Source: Epiperipatus broadwayi (taxonomy: Eukaryota; Animalia; Onychophora). From it: a stretch of 64,000 nt of DNA. Shown one piece after another: positions 41,563 to 53,274 of this stretch (positions within the stretch are counted from its first letter, which is position 1; each line of letters starts with the position of its first letter). The DNA is taken from NCBI GenBank assembly GCA_028023455.1, contig JAQFVV010000009.1:1054001-1118000 (forward strand), given 5' to 3'. The notes beneath the pieces were generated by a model, which was not told where the DNA came from, searched no databases, and saw only the letters and a program-made list of their open reading frames with translations. The position numbers were made by a program, and so were the translations under genes.

Positions 41563-43240
41563 TCATAGAGCATACCGATAATAAGAAGAAATAGTTTAAA
41601 ATGTTAAAATGGTTCAAATTTCTTTATAAAGGAAATCAAACCTTATTTGGAAAAATACAATATTAAACTTTTTATTCTTATTTGATTGCGATCTTAATTC
41701 CAAATCAAAGTATATCTATTATCAAATTATATAATGCTTATGCATAATTATATAAAGAAAGTAGCATACTATTATTACATATATTGCTAATTTTTAGGTA
41801 CTCTAATTTGTCTTCATGCCATGTACAGTATTTTTTCTTTATAAGAAACCTTTATATTCTTAGAAATAGAACAATTTACACTTTCTTGATTTTGGATTAA
41901 TGGATTATTCATCAAGAATCTTCATATTAATCAGTCACAGAACTAATGAAGCATCAATTCTTTTATACAATTAACATTGTCTATGTATTGTTATCCATTA
42001 CAGTTTATAATATTTTGTATTTGTTACTGCACAAACTGTCCTGACTTGCTTAACTACATATGTGGATGAATGCTATATTTGTTATCCACTCATATATGCT
42101 TATTATATGCAAATAAACTCTATAAATAAGAAAACATATATTAATGTGTGAAACAGTAATTATATTATAAAATAATAAAAACTTAAGCATGCTTGCTTTT
42201 GGTGCAATATACTAAATTCTGGAAATCAATTATTGAGATGGCAAAAAAAAAAACATTATTTAATTACCAAAATTTCAGAACATGCCTAGTTACAATTAAA
42301 TCTGATTTAAAATGTTAATAGAATTAGCAATATACTATAGTCTTTCTTAATTTTTCTTTTCATATCATTTGATACATTTCATATTGTGCTAAATTTTCTA
42401 ACTATCAATCATGCCCAGAATCTGTCTCATAACAAAGAAAACAGAATTAATTTGAGAATAAAATTTTTTATTTTGAAAAATGTGCTACCTAAGATATATA
42501 GACAAACTAGACTTAATTTCATCATAGTAAATATAGACACATAACTTATTACTTTGATTTTATTAGTATAAATCTATTGTACATATTAAATTTATGAAAA
42601 TGAATTTGTACCTCCCTCCTCCCGTACACTTAAACTGTAGGGAGCCATGATTCTTGATTAGAGCCATCCAGCATGAGAGTCATCTTCTTCATGCATAAAA
42701 TCAGTCACCATTGTATACACAATAAATTATTGTTGAAAATAAGAATAAACTTGAAATTTCCAATGTTGGAAGTGAAACTAAAATTGTTTCTAGTAATTTG
42801 ATAATCCAATGATTGATAGATATAAACCTGAGAATTGGGAATAAAAAAAAAGGATCTTGATCAGTTTTTGTCTGACTTGCTGAAAAGCTTCTTGGATCAA
42901 TTTCCCAATTGGGGGGGGGGGGGCAAAGAAAAATTGATCAGTTTGATCAATTAAACTGAATAGCTATACTATATGTGCTACTTTGATGCTTGAATTTCAT
43001 TTGATTACCAACAATAAACAGGTAACTTTCTCATGTTTTCAAGAGCTCTAGAGGCATCTACTATTAAGATTGAATAGTCAATAAACATCACATGACCACA
43101 ACTTCTTATGCTTGTGTATAACTGTTGTTAAAACAGGCAAAACTCACTATACGTATTGCCACACACAGCAAGCTAGAGTAATCAATGGATGCCAGAAGGC
43201 TTGTGCATAAAATCCCCATAGAGTGCCTACTCATCCAATA

Positions 43241-43281
43241 TCCCCAGACTAGTTTCTGGCTTGTGGCCTTCGTCAGTGAGG
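43241..43281 (-). ncRNA. Minimal type I hammerhead motif, family A (left arm)
   Basis: CCUCA CUGACGA A GGC CACAA GCC A GAAA CUAG UC UGGGG. Confidence 0.6.
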
Positions 43282-43329
43282 GTTGCATTAGATCCTAAGA
43301 TCTAAGTGCAGTGTTCTCAGATCCAAGGC

Positions 43330-43371
43330 TCCTCACTGACGAAGGCCACAAGCCAGAAACTAGTCTGGGGA
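43330..43371 (+). ncRNA. Minimal type I hammerhead motif, family A (right arm)
   Basis: UCCUCA CUGACGA A GGC CACAA GCC A GAAA CUAG UC UGGGGA: 6-bp stem I, ACUAGU palindromic stem III and predicted cleavage after 43365. The A.A mismatch at the base of stem II is atypical. Confidence 0.65.
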
Positions 43372-43619
43372 TATTGGATGAGTAGGCACTAGATAGGGAT
43401 TTTATACACAAGCCTTCTGGCATCCATTGATTACTCTAGCTTGCTGTGTGTGGCAATACGTATAGTGAGTTTTGCTTGTTTTAAAAAGATTGAATAGTAA
43501 TAGTAGTATAGTGTTTTTAATATCCATTTTGTCACTGAGGATTAGGATTCCCAGCTGGAAATAATGCACTTGTTCATCTTATAACCTCTTTTACTCTTTT
43601 ATACTATTCATGCTAATAG

Positions 43620-43736
43620 CCTAAAATTAAAGAAAAAACCCTAACTTAAGAACCTAATAAAATACATAGAAACTGACCTAAAATTAAAGAAAAAACCCTA
43701 ACTTAAGAACCCAATAAAATACATAGAAACTGACCT
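43620..43736. repeat. 57-bp tandem duplication
   Basis: cctaaaattaaagaaaaaaccctaacttaagaacc(t/c)aataaaatacatagaaactga occurs twice with one mismatch. Confidence 0.92.
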
Positions 43737-44511
43737 GGTATTAGATCTGTATAATTGTGAATTTATTTGGGTTTAAAATCTTTCAAGCTATTTACTTGGA
43801 TAGTATATATTAGTTTAAAGGTGGCTACTAAATGGATGTGTTTTAGTTCCAGCTTTAAATTTTAGTCTTCATTGATGAAAGACAATGTCAGAAATTGCAA
43901 TAGATATATTATAGCTCCACACCATTTAGTTTCTATTAGAGTGAAGAAAAATTTGCTTATTAAAAAAATTTTGCTATTGAAGATATATATTTCTATATGA
44001 TTTTGATCTATTTAATGACAATTCTTGATATAGAACTTAGAGTACAAAATTCAAGAAGTAAATTATCATACAAGATAACACATTATGATCTCCAGAAAAT
44101 ATTACACATCCTGATATTACTTCCTCTTAGAGAAATTACAAGATTGGAAAATTGTCTTATCACATCATCAGAGTTTTTCTCAAAAACATGCCTTTACACT
44201 TTTACAGAATTCTTTATCTAGTCAATTTTTTTTCCATGTTTAATAACAGCTATAATTGATTGCTTTATTTTTTTCTTTCATTCTTCTCAATCTCCTTTCA
44301 ATATCTGTTATATCTTATTCTAAGAATACACAAAACTACTTTTTTTTTTTTCAGAATTTTTTCTTTTATTATTCAATCTTCCAAGTCTTCAGATGGACTA
44401 ATTGTTTGTTATTTTTTTTAATTTTTTATAAAGAAAGCAATTAATGCTTCAGGATCTTAAGTTTTATGCATAGCACACATTGTTAAAGATTAGAAAATAG
44501 TTAATAATAAT

Positions 44512-45151
44512 AATGTAATTATAGGAGATATGAATACAGACTTTCAAGCTTCCTCCAGCTATCCACTATCTAATACAACTGATACACATGACCACATGCA
44601 TGTGAAAAAGATAAATGATCTATATATTTATTTCGTGTTGAACCAGCACTCATCAGTTGATTCAGATCATCATCTCCCACACACATATATAATCAGGACT
44701 CAGTTTAAATTAAGATAGTAAATCTTCAAACTTTAATGGACAATCTTCAATCTATTCCACTCTCCTACTCTCCAGTCATCCTTACCATTGAAAATCTGAT
44801 GGAACACTCAAATTCCTTGTTGATGCCAATATTATTGTCATGCCCATGTTGCCTTTAAGTCACTCTGATCTCTCAGGTATAGGACCATGTCCATTTAAAT
44901 ACACAGAAAAGAGATAGGCAAGATACAGGCTGAAATCTGTAATATGTGAAATAAAAATATAATTCATATACTTGGAGTTTAAATATGTGGAAGATGATGA
45001 TCTGGACCAACTGATATGTGCTGGTTCAGCACAAAATATGTATATTGGAGATCATTTATCTTTTTCACATGTGGTCATGTGTATCAGTTGTGTGAGACAT
45101 AGTGGATAACTGAAAGGAGCTTGAAAGTCTGTTCAAATCTATAATTACATT
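44512..45151. mobile_element. Head-to-head inverted pair of family C hammerhead repeats
   Basis: About 44512..44680 is the reverse complement of about 44985..45151. The left arm continues to about 44850 in homology with the 63.1-64.0 kb units. Degenerate cores lie at 44621..44660 (-) and 45007..45048 (+). Confidence 0.8.
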
Positions 45152-45335
45152 TAAACTCCAATTAGATGAATAATGCTTGTATTTCAAATATTAATAATAA
45201 TAATGCTAAACTCAAACAATTGTTTGTTATTTTTTAGAGATTAAATAGAATGAAAAAATAATTTTCTGTTAGCATTACTTGTTTTATAATAATTACAAAT
45301 ATAAATTAAAATTTTTATATTTTTTTATAAAATAG

Positions 45336-45473
45336 ATAACAAAGTTTTCAATGATCCATCATCGTTGGTAAGTTTGTCTCCACTCTGGAACACCTTTGTA
45401 AGAGATGAAGTTACATCAGATAAAATGTCCCAAAATGATTTCAACAAAAAAAGACAAGAATTACTTGTACCAG
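45336..45473 (+). CDS. POP1: POP1 coding exon D
   Basis: atag acceptor after a T-rich tract and gtaaat donor. Reads (D)NKVFNDPSSLVSLSPLWNTFVRDEVTSDKMSQNDFNKKRQELLVP(G). 138 nt, phase 1-1. The 5' boundary is less certain than the 3' boundary. Confidence 0.85.
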
Positions 45474-47269
45474 GTAAATATTACAATGCCATCTTAAAAA
45501 TTATTAGTTTTTCTTTAAAAATTATTGTATTTAGAAAAGGCAATAAAATTGTAACAAATTAAATAAATTCCACAATAGAATCAATTTCACTCATTTACAA
45601 CTGTATATAAATTTTATCAAAATAAGATTCTTTAATATCTATGCAGTTATATTTCATATGAATTTACAATTCTGAAGTTCAGTAGATCTTTAATTTCTCT
45701 ATATAATTGAAGAAGCAGGGACATGCACAGATATTAGAGGTATATTATATTCTGTGTTAATTTGTTTAAAAATCTCAACTTTAATTGACAAGATTCACTA
45801 TGATTTGAACATTCTACTTTACTGTCAAATATCAGTCTCATGATCATAAATAGGTGAAATTCATTTATTAAAAATATTTTTCTAGCACATAGACATATTT
45901 CGTTTAAATTATTTTTACCAGAAGCACTTCATTATAAATTTAATTCTATGATTAATTTTATTTATCATTTGCAGTGATTGTCATATATGCATATTTTTAA
46001 ATATCTCATTTTTTTGAATTATTATTTTTTTCGCAACTGTGGCAAATCATAATCCTGACTACATTTTCTGTAAGGATTTTTTTTTTTTTTTAATTTGAGA
46101 CAACATTGTTATTATTTTATTAAAAAATCAAAAACAATATCTTCTTGGAATTTGTATTCATCAACAATTTTTGCCTTCCAGGATTTTTATAAAAGTTTTA
46201 ATGTTTTCAGTTAAATGTAAAATTTGTCTAAAGCAAGCAAATGGACATTTTTTTTTAACTTATAAAATTAAAATAAATAAATTACTTTTTATAATAATTT
46301 AATGATTAAATAAAGTTATTTAATCAGTATAAATAAATTGTGATATATTAATATAGACTCCAAATTTTTTAAACACATTTAATTGTGATATTCTTATTAT
46401 ACTTAATATACATATATGTATGCACAGACACGTTTTGCAAATAACAGAAATATTTTTAATTATAATATTTGAGATGCATTTAAATCTAACAATTAAGTTG
46501 TACTTTTTATGTATAATCTTTTAATGAATAATCATTAAATTATTTCTTACCTTCCATTTAATTGTTTTTGTGTATCTTATTTACTTTCTCTATTTTCTTT
46601 AAAAATGATAGATTGAAAATTCACTATATTATATTCATCTGTGTTAATAGTCTGATGAAGATATATATAATTGATAACTTTTTTTAATTCATTACTAACA
46701 ATCTTTATTTTCATTTTGTGTTTCGAAAAACTGTTAGATAAATATTATTTTGTTTTTTTTAAATATTTATGTGTAATCCTACTTTCATGTTTTTATTTAA
46801 AACTCTTATCATATTTCTTGAAGTTCTGAAATATTATTTATGAAAATCATCATCATCCACAAAATATTCATGACTTAAATAATATTCATTTATTTTTATT
46901 ACTTCAACTTCTCATTTTGGTGAGATGAAATCACTCAATGGTATAACCTTATTAGTGTTAATCTTAATGTCACTATGTACTTCTATTTTGAGCCAATACC
47001 TTGATATTCCATAACTTTAATCACTGCAGAAAAATGCCCACAGAATCAATTTCTTTTCTTAATCTACAAACCTAATACAAAATGAGAACTTTTACTCATT
47101 AATCCTTTCTGTAATTTCTCTTCATGCTTAGATATGCCTTACTGTGGCACAATCTTTTTTTAAATACAATTTGCACTTTTTTTTGTGTGTGGTTAATTTA
47201 AATCCAAAGTTTTCTTTAGATGATTTGTAATGATTTTAGTAAAGATCTTGTTATAAAATTATTAGAAGA

Positions 47270-48480
47270 TTACTCGTAGATTAGGCGACGCATGCTACTT
47301 GATGGCGTTGTTGCTAGACAAAAGCGATTCAATATAACATTTTCTGGCTTAATTTTTTTTTTTTAACTTCTTGATGGCGTTGTTGCTAGACAAAAGCATA
47401 ATTATTTTTTTTAGCTTTTGAACTAACATTTTTGATTTTAGTCATTTGAAGTAATCTTTTTCATTTTACTCATTGATTTAAGTTACCTTTTTTCATTTCA
47501 ATCATTGATTTACTAAATATTGATTGCGATCTGTTTTTAAATTTTTTTTTTAACTTTGCCGCAAATTCAAGCAACAATTTTTTTTTAACTTTTGCCCGCT
47601 ATTTTTTTTGTTTAAATTCTAGTAATATTTTAATTTAACAAACGAAAACATTTCTTTCAGAAAGATTCAAACAAATAACAACACAAATATGTTTGAACTA
47701 CTTTAACTTCAAATAATGCCTTTTGCCATTTATTTATTAAACAAACCAAAACATTTCTCTCGTCAATATTTAAAGAAATCATAATACAACATTTTTTTAC
47801 TTTAAAATGTTTTATTAAACAAATATAAACTGAACTATTTAATACAATTACAACAATCTCCTTCAAACTGTACACTTTAAGAACAACTAGAACACTTTTC
47901 TGATGAGAATGCTGCTGCTGCTAACTTCTCCTCTGTGCATGCAGTGTCACAGGAACTCTCCCAGGTAGTTATCATTGTCTCTTCTGGCCGTGTCGTGTTA
48001 CCTCTTATTCTTCAACTTGAGCAAACTCACAGGTGCTCTATATTATGGGTATGCATGTCTTTGGGTCCACAAAATTGTAACGGCTCCTCGTGGGCACATT
48101 GTAATGTCAGATCGTCATGAGCCCAGTAATAAATGCACAACGCTTTGACGAAAGCGATTCTGGACCCCTTGAAGAAGCTGCCATTCTGAAGCAGTTTGGT
48201 GACAGGAAGGTGACTTGCATTTGAATTTGTAAGTTTTGTTGCCTTCAAGACCATGCCCACTCCACAAACACACTGCCTCACTGAGGAGAATATATTCTAA
48301 ACCTGTAAAAATGCCACCGCTTTAACCTCGGTGGCAGGCAATTCAGAAATGTAACAAGCTAGCTTGTTAATAGCATTTTTCTGTGCTTTTACATAGCAAC
48401 AACCCCATCAAGCGGCGTGCGTTGGCTAATTGACAAGTACCAAAGATTGTTAAGTTTATAAATTTCTAAAATTTTCCATT
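47270..48480. mobile_element. Unclassified CpG-richer repeat or transposon remnant
   Basis: A 28-bp direct repeat cttgatggcgttgttgctagacaaaagc occurs twice, the composition is more GC-rich, ORF 48027..48281 is unrecognised, and there is an 8-bp hairpin tgccaccg/cggtggca at about 48311-48336. Confidence 0.25.
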
Positions 48481-48619
48481 TTCCCCAGACATCAGTGTTA
48501 CTACTGTATTGGTACATATATAATATGGTATATTTTTACCATTTGGCATGTAGCTGTAACAACAGTTATTCTTTTTTTTTCCATCTGATTTTTTAATTTA
48601 TTTATTTAGCGTATAGATT

Positions 48620-49730
48620 TATTTTGACAGGTGAATTATTAACAAATATCACAAAGGAACCAAGGAAATAAAATCATCATTGGCTTTATTGAAGTCCTTC
48701 AATTCTACCACTGTAACCATTAATTTGATATTCATTAACTAGATGCTTTATAGTTTGGGTTTCACCACATTTACAATATATAAATGGCTGATAACTTTCA
48801 TTTTTGAAGCACCTAAGTGCACAACCCATAGGTTGTTTTGAATCTTTTGTTGAAACTTAATTTCTGTCTAGGAAGATCAACTCCTGCTGACTTTATTATT
48901 AGATGTAAAAAAATAAATTTGTTTCTAATATCATAAGAATTTCATTATTATTTATATTGTAGATTTTTGATTTAATATCCAAATAGAGGATTTTTATTTG
49001 ATATGAGTCTTAGGTGGAAAAACTATATTTCTTGAATTATTGGTAAGTCCGATCTGTTTAATAGCTTTTTATACATTTTCTGTGAAACATCTTCTAATAT
49101 ATGATGAAATAATATATGAAAGAACAAGAAGTCATATTGAAGGAATAAACTTGTGTGTATCAATAATATTCTCATTTAATTGAATATCCTAAAGCTTAAT
49201 ATGGCACTTATCCTCCAAATAGAGGCTCAGTATTCATCAGAAAAATATACTAGTACTATACAAATTTCATTAAAGTATTTGTATCACAGCCCTAAATAGA
49301 ACCAGCTCCCTTTCTGAGATTATTTCTAGAAATTAATTTTGATCTAATTTTAGCTAAATGAGAAAAATACGTTAGATCATAATCCAAGGTTACTACTAAA
49401 TAGCATGGGGTAGGATTGTGTTTCAGTCTATTATTGCAAAAGATCATTTCACACTATGAGATGATTCCTCCCACCTCTTGTTTAGATGAAAAATTGGGCA
49501 TATTAATTTCATTGAATTAGGAATAAGATCTCTGGTCTTTGAAAAAGATTGCTAAATGTTTTCATGTTCTTAGTGATTGACTTCTATTTCAGGAAAGATC
49601 TCTTTCGAAAAGTCAAATTTCTTGCGCTTTGTAATCTCTTCAGTGTTATATGTGCCATTTAACTATAAATTTGGTAGAAGATACAATTTTCACAATAACT
49701 TTACATGATGTTAAAAATAAAATATATGTT
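48620..49730 (-). mobile_element. Second, 5'-truncated copy of the Ingi/Vingi-like LINE
   Basis: The minus strand has agactgaaacacaatcctaccccatg...gtaaccttggattat (homologous to 10810-10860) and AGVDLPRQ..RF...CGETQTIKHLVNE (homologous to 14660-14820). Confidence 0.75.
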
Positions 49731-51589
49731 GTATAAAGTTAATATATCGTAGAATATAATAAAGCTGAAAAAATATAATAATTATTGTAAAAGATAAAAA
49801 AAACAAAACAAATTTAAGCATTTTTAAAGATATTAATTTTGAATTTACCAATTGTTAATTTTAATATACAAATTTTAAAATAGAAATTTTAAAATAAAAT
49901 TTTTTTTCTAGTAAATTTGATAAAATTTTGATTAAAAGAATATATAATATTACTCACTGATAATATTTTCATCATGTAAATATTTTTGTGATAATAGAAT
50001 TTTCTGATTTAATTTTAAAGCCATGACATATCTAATGGAATCTATGATTAGAGAATATCTTTTTTTTTTTTCTAATAAAGAAAATTATTAGATTATGTAA
50101 TGTTACTTTCAAATGTACATAAAATAGTATAAATGCATTCTTACACATACACTTTATATAAACATATATTCATAGGCTTTACACTAACATATTTATAAGC
50201 AAACAAACTTCTAATTTATTTTTCTTGTATATAAAAATAAATAATTTTGTAGCAAAATTTAAAATAGTTTATTGAGACATTTGATAAATTAATATTAAAA
50301 ATATATAATTATTATTTTTTATAGTTGCTTGAATGTATTTATCAATTTCTTTTAAAATGTCCATTTCTTATGAACTGCACATGCAATTTCTGCCATTTTA
50401 TCGGTGGTTAAATTAGATTTTAATCAAGATCTCATACGCATGCAGAATACAGTTTTTTTTTTTTTACATTTAAAAAAAATGGAGAGGCATATGAAATTCA
50501 TTGATTTTTTAACTTTAGTGTTAATTTGTAGGAAAGATGCCATAATATTTATAAAATTTCCATTGTTTTTTGGATCTTTTCCATAGCACAAACCATCTCG
50601 TCATTTAAAATTCTTGAAATTTCAAAAAATTATTGTTATAATTCTTTTTTTTTTCTTTGTAAAATTCTTTTAAATATTTCATGATGTTATCTGTTTTTTT
50701 GATAATAGTGTTATCTTTTTATAGTTGAAACAACTTTCATTCCAATATCAAGATTATATATATATATTGATAGGTTTTTTTGTGCCATTTTATAATTGTA
50801 TTCAATATGTCATCTTTTTTTTTCTTATGATTTTACAAATTGTGAATTAGTTTATTATAATGTCAGTAAAATAACTCTAATTCTTATCAAAATTTAACAC
50901 TTGATGTTAATAATTTACAGAAAATCTTTCTGCATGGATGAAAACTAATATTTTGATGCAAATTCAGAAACTTCATCAATTATTAGATATATCTTCTGTT
51001 TTAATAACGTTTTGTCTGAAGTTATAAGAGTATTTGACCTAAAAATAAGATGTTCTTTAAAATAAATCAATGTATGGTATTTTATTTAAAAATAAAATGT
51101 AAATAACAACAACAAAAAAATGCCTTAAGAATTCATACCAAAAAATAGAAAAAAACTATAGAAACTAATAATAACATGATCAAAAGTTTAGATGCTTGGA
51201 GCAATAAAAGTAACAAATTGAGCATTGATCTATGAACCTCTAAGTCTCAAGTTTATCACTTGTCTTTTACAGTTTAGCACAATTTGAGAGCTACAAGTCT
51301 TTAGATCAAACTTTGCCTATCACTTCTGGTGTTTGACTGTCACATGATTTCCCAAGTGACTAACCAAGCATTCGATTATTATTTTTTTTTACAAAAACTA
51401 ATTATTGAATTGGTTTATCATAAGTGATATATACAGTAAAGTATTGCTTATTTTTTAAAAATTATTCTGTAATTCAAAATATATAAATAAAACCCTTGTT
51501 CAAAGTTCCTTTAAATTTTGTCATGTTTTTTTTTTTCATTTATTTTTATTTTAATATATATATTAGTTAATAAATTTTTTCTTCTTTAG

Positions 51590-51697
51590 GAAGCCAGGTA
51601 GAACTTGGTCAAGAAGAAAATTTAATTCCACTAATTTTAATTAGCAGAACTGGTCAACAGTATAATTCTGTTCTAAAAGTCAAAAGAAAATCTTTAG
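51590..51697 (+). CDS. POP1: POP1 coding exon E
   Basis: tttttcttctttag acceptor and gtaaaa donor. Reads (G)SQVELGQEENLIPLILISRTGQQYNSVLKVKRKSL(G), which matches the IPxxLI segment preceding POPLD. 108 nt, phase 1-1. Confidence 0.88.
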
Positions 51698-52292
51698 GTA
51701 AAAAACTAAAACAATTTTAATAAGTAATTATATGTTGCACTTTTTCCATTATGTACTAGAATTGTTAAATATTTTTAGAGAACTCAAACTTTATTTATAT
51801 CTTAGCAAATTTATTTAACTATTAGTAATAAAACATAGGTTAGAATAGAATATAAGGTTTCTAGTGATATTTTTTCTCTTTTTTCTTCAGGTGTCTGATA
51901 TTCTAGCATGAGAGTTGAAATGATGACATGAATTTTGAATTTGAAGGTCATGCATAATCAGTTAGGCTCCTCTCTCAAAAATTGTTCTGGCAGTATTTTA
52001 AAATTCATTATTCATGAATTCAAAAATCACCAATTCAATCCTCCTGCTAGGCTGACACTTAGATTAGCAACACCTAAAAAAGATGGAAGAAAAGTATCAC
52101 TCAGAATATTTTATTTTATATTCATTTTTATGTTATTATTTACAAATATAAATAAAATTTGAATTTTTAAAAAAAAATTTAACAATTCAATTAGATAATA
52201 AAAATACTAATGTATAGCTGTGAATGAAATTTTTCCTGATAAACATTTCAAAATTTCTTTTAACTTAATAGTTCTATATTTTTTTCCTTCAG

Positions 52293-53218
52293 GCTTTGGA
52301 TCTGGCTGGGATATTATTCTGCCTCAGAGTTGGGCAATGCCATTTTGGATAGCCTTGATTTATCGTGGAGCACGTGTAGGAGGATTGAGAGAAGCTTTGG
52401 ATATTTGTAAATATACAGGAACTCAGTTTTTCCCAGATGATTATGTAGATACTAAAAGTGGAATTGAGTGGAATAATTTGATTCAAAATCAGTTGGATAC
52501 AAAATATGAAAAAATACCTCCTGCTAAAAAACCAAATTATCAAAAATTAGGAGTTCTATTTCCATTTCATTTTCCTTGGTTAAATTTAGTAAAGGAATGG
52601 GATTCTACAGTAAAGGAGGATAATGTATTAAAAGAATTTTATCACAAAGTTAATATCAAAGAATATATAAGTTTAAACAATTATTATATTGTAAGATGTA
52701 AAAAAATGTTATATTTTTTAAACCAGTTGTGTAATTCTAAGAGCAGTCTTCCAATAGATGATTCCTTGACTTTAACTAATTTAGAAATGACTATACCACT
52801 TCATGGATTAATATTTGTTGAAATAACAATGAAAAAGGGTTTAAGCTTAAAATTTGCAACTATATGTCTACCTATAAATGATGATTTGAAAAAATTACAA
52901 ACAAAGTTATCATTTGCAGGGCCTGTCGAATCTGTACATAAAACTTTAACTTCAAAGAAACGTAAACATCCAGAAGAGGCAACACATACAGAAAGTCTTC
53001 CATTACTTATTAAAGATTCTTGTAGTAGGAAAATCATTGGATTTGTTACAAATGGAAGTTACGCATATTCTGAAGGAAGGTCGATCGGAATTGGACTTTG
53101 CAGTCTTTCAGGATTTGTGAAATTATGTTCACAAAATGAAAAAACACCTGTTTATGCTCTAATAAGAAATGCAACTTCTTTCCAATACAGATTTTGTCAA
53201 TTAAATGTTATTATATAA
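52293..53218 (+). CDS. POP1: POP1 terminal coding exon F (POPLD and C-terminal domain)
   Basis: tttttccttcag acceptor, inside ORF 52220..53218. Reads GFGSGWDIILPQSWAMPFWIALIYRGARVGGLRE...FFPDDYVDT...PPAKKPNY...RKIIGFVTNG, ending in TAA. The six exons total 2103 nt, or 701 codons, with no frameshift. Confidence 0.95.
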
Positions 53219-53264
53219 TAAACAGTTAAAGATTAAAAAATGGTATTCATGTATATATTTATAA

Positions 53265-53274
53265 AATAAATAAA
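53265..53274 (+). promoter_or_regulatory. Candidate POP1 polyadenylation signals (overlapping AATAAA hexamers)
   Basis: AATAAATAAA about 50 nt after the stop, followed by TG/T-rich sequence. Another AATAAA overlaps the stop codon. The motif is common in AT-rich DNA. Confidence 0.45.

Larger units (their letters stand above)
43079..43485. mobile_element. 407-bp insertion with 154-bp inverted arms, each carrying a hammerhead motif; 13-bp TSD
   Basis: Arms 43128..43281 and 43331..43484 differ at 5 of 154 positions. AAGATTGAATAGT flanks both sides (43066-78, 43486-98). Confidence 0.88.

Noticed and set aside
48270-48310. CUGAGGA GAAUAUAUUC UAAA CCUG UA
   Set aside because: G12 is missing and stem I does not pair; the AT palindrome is likely chance.
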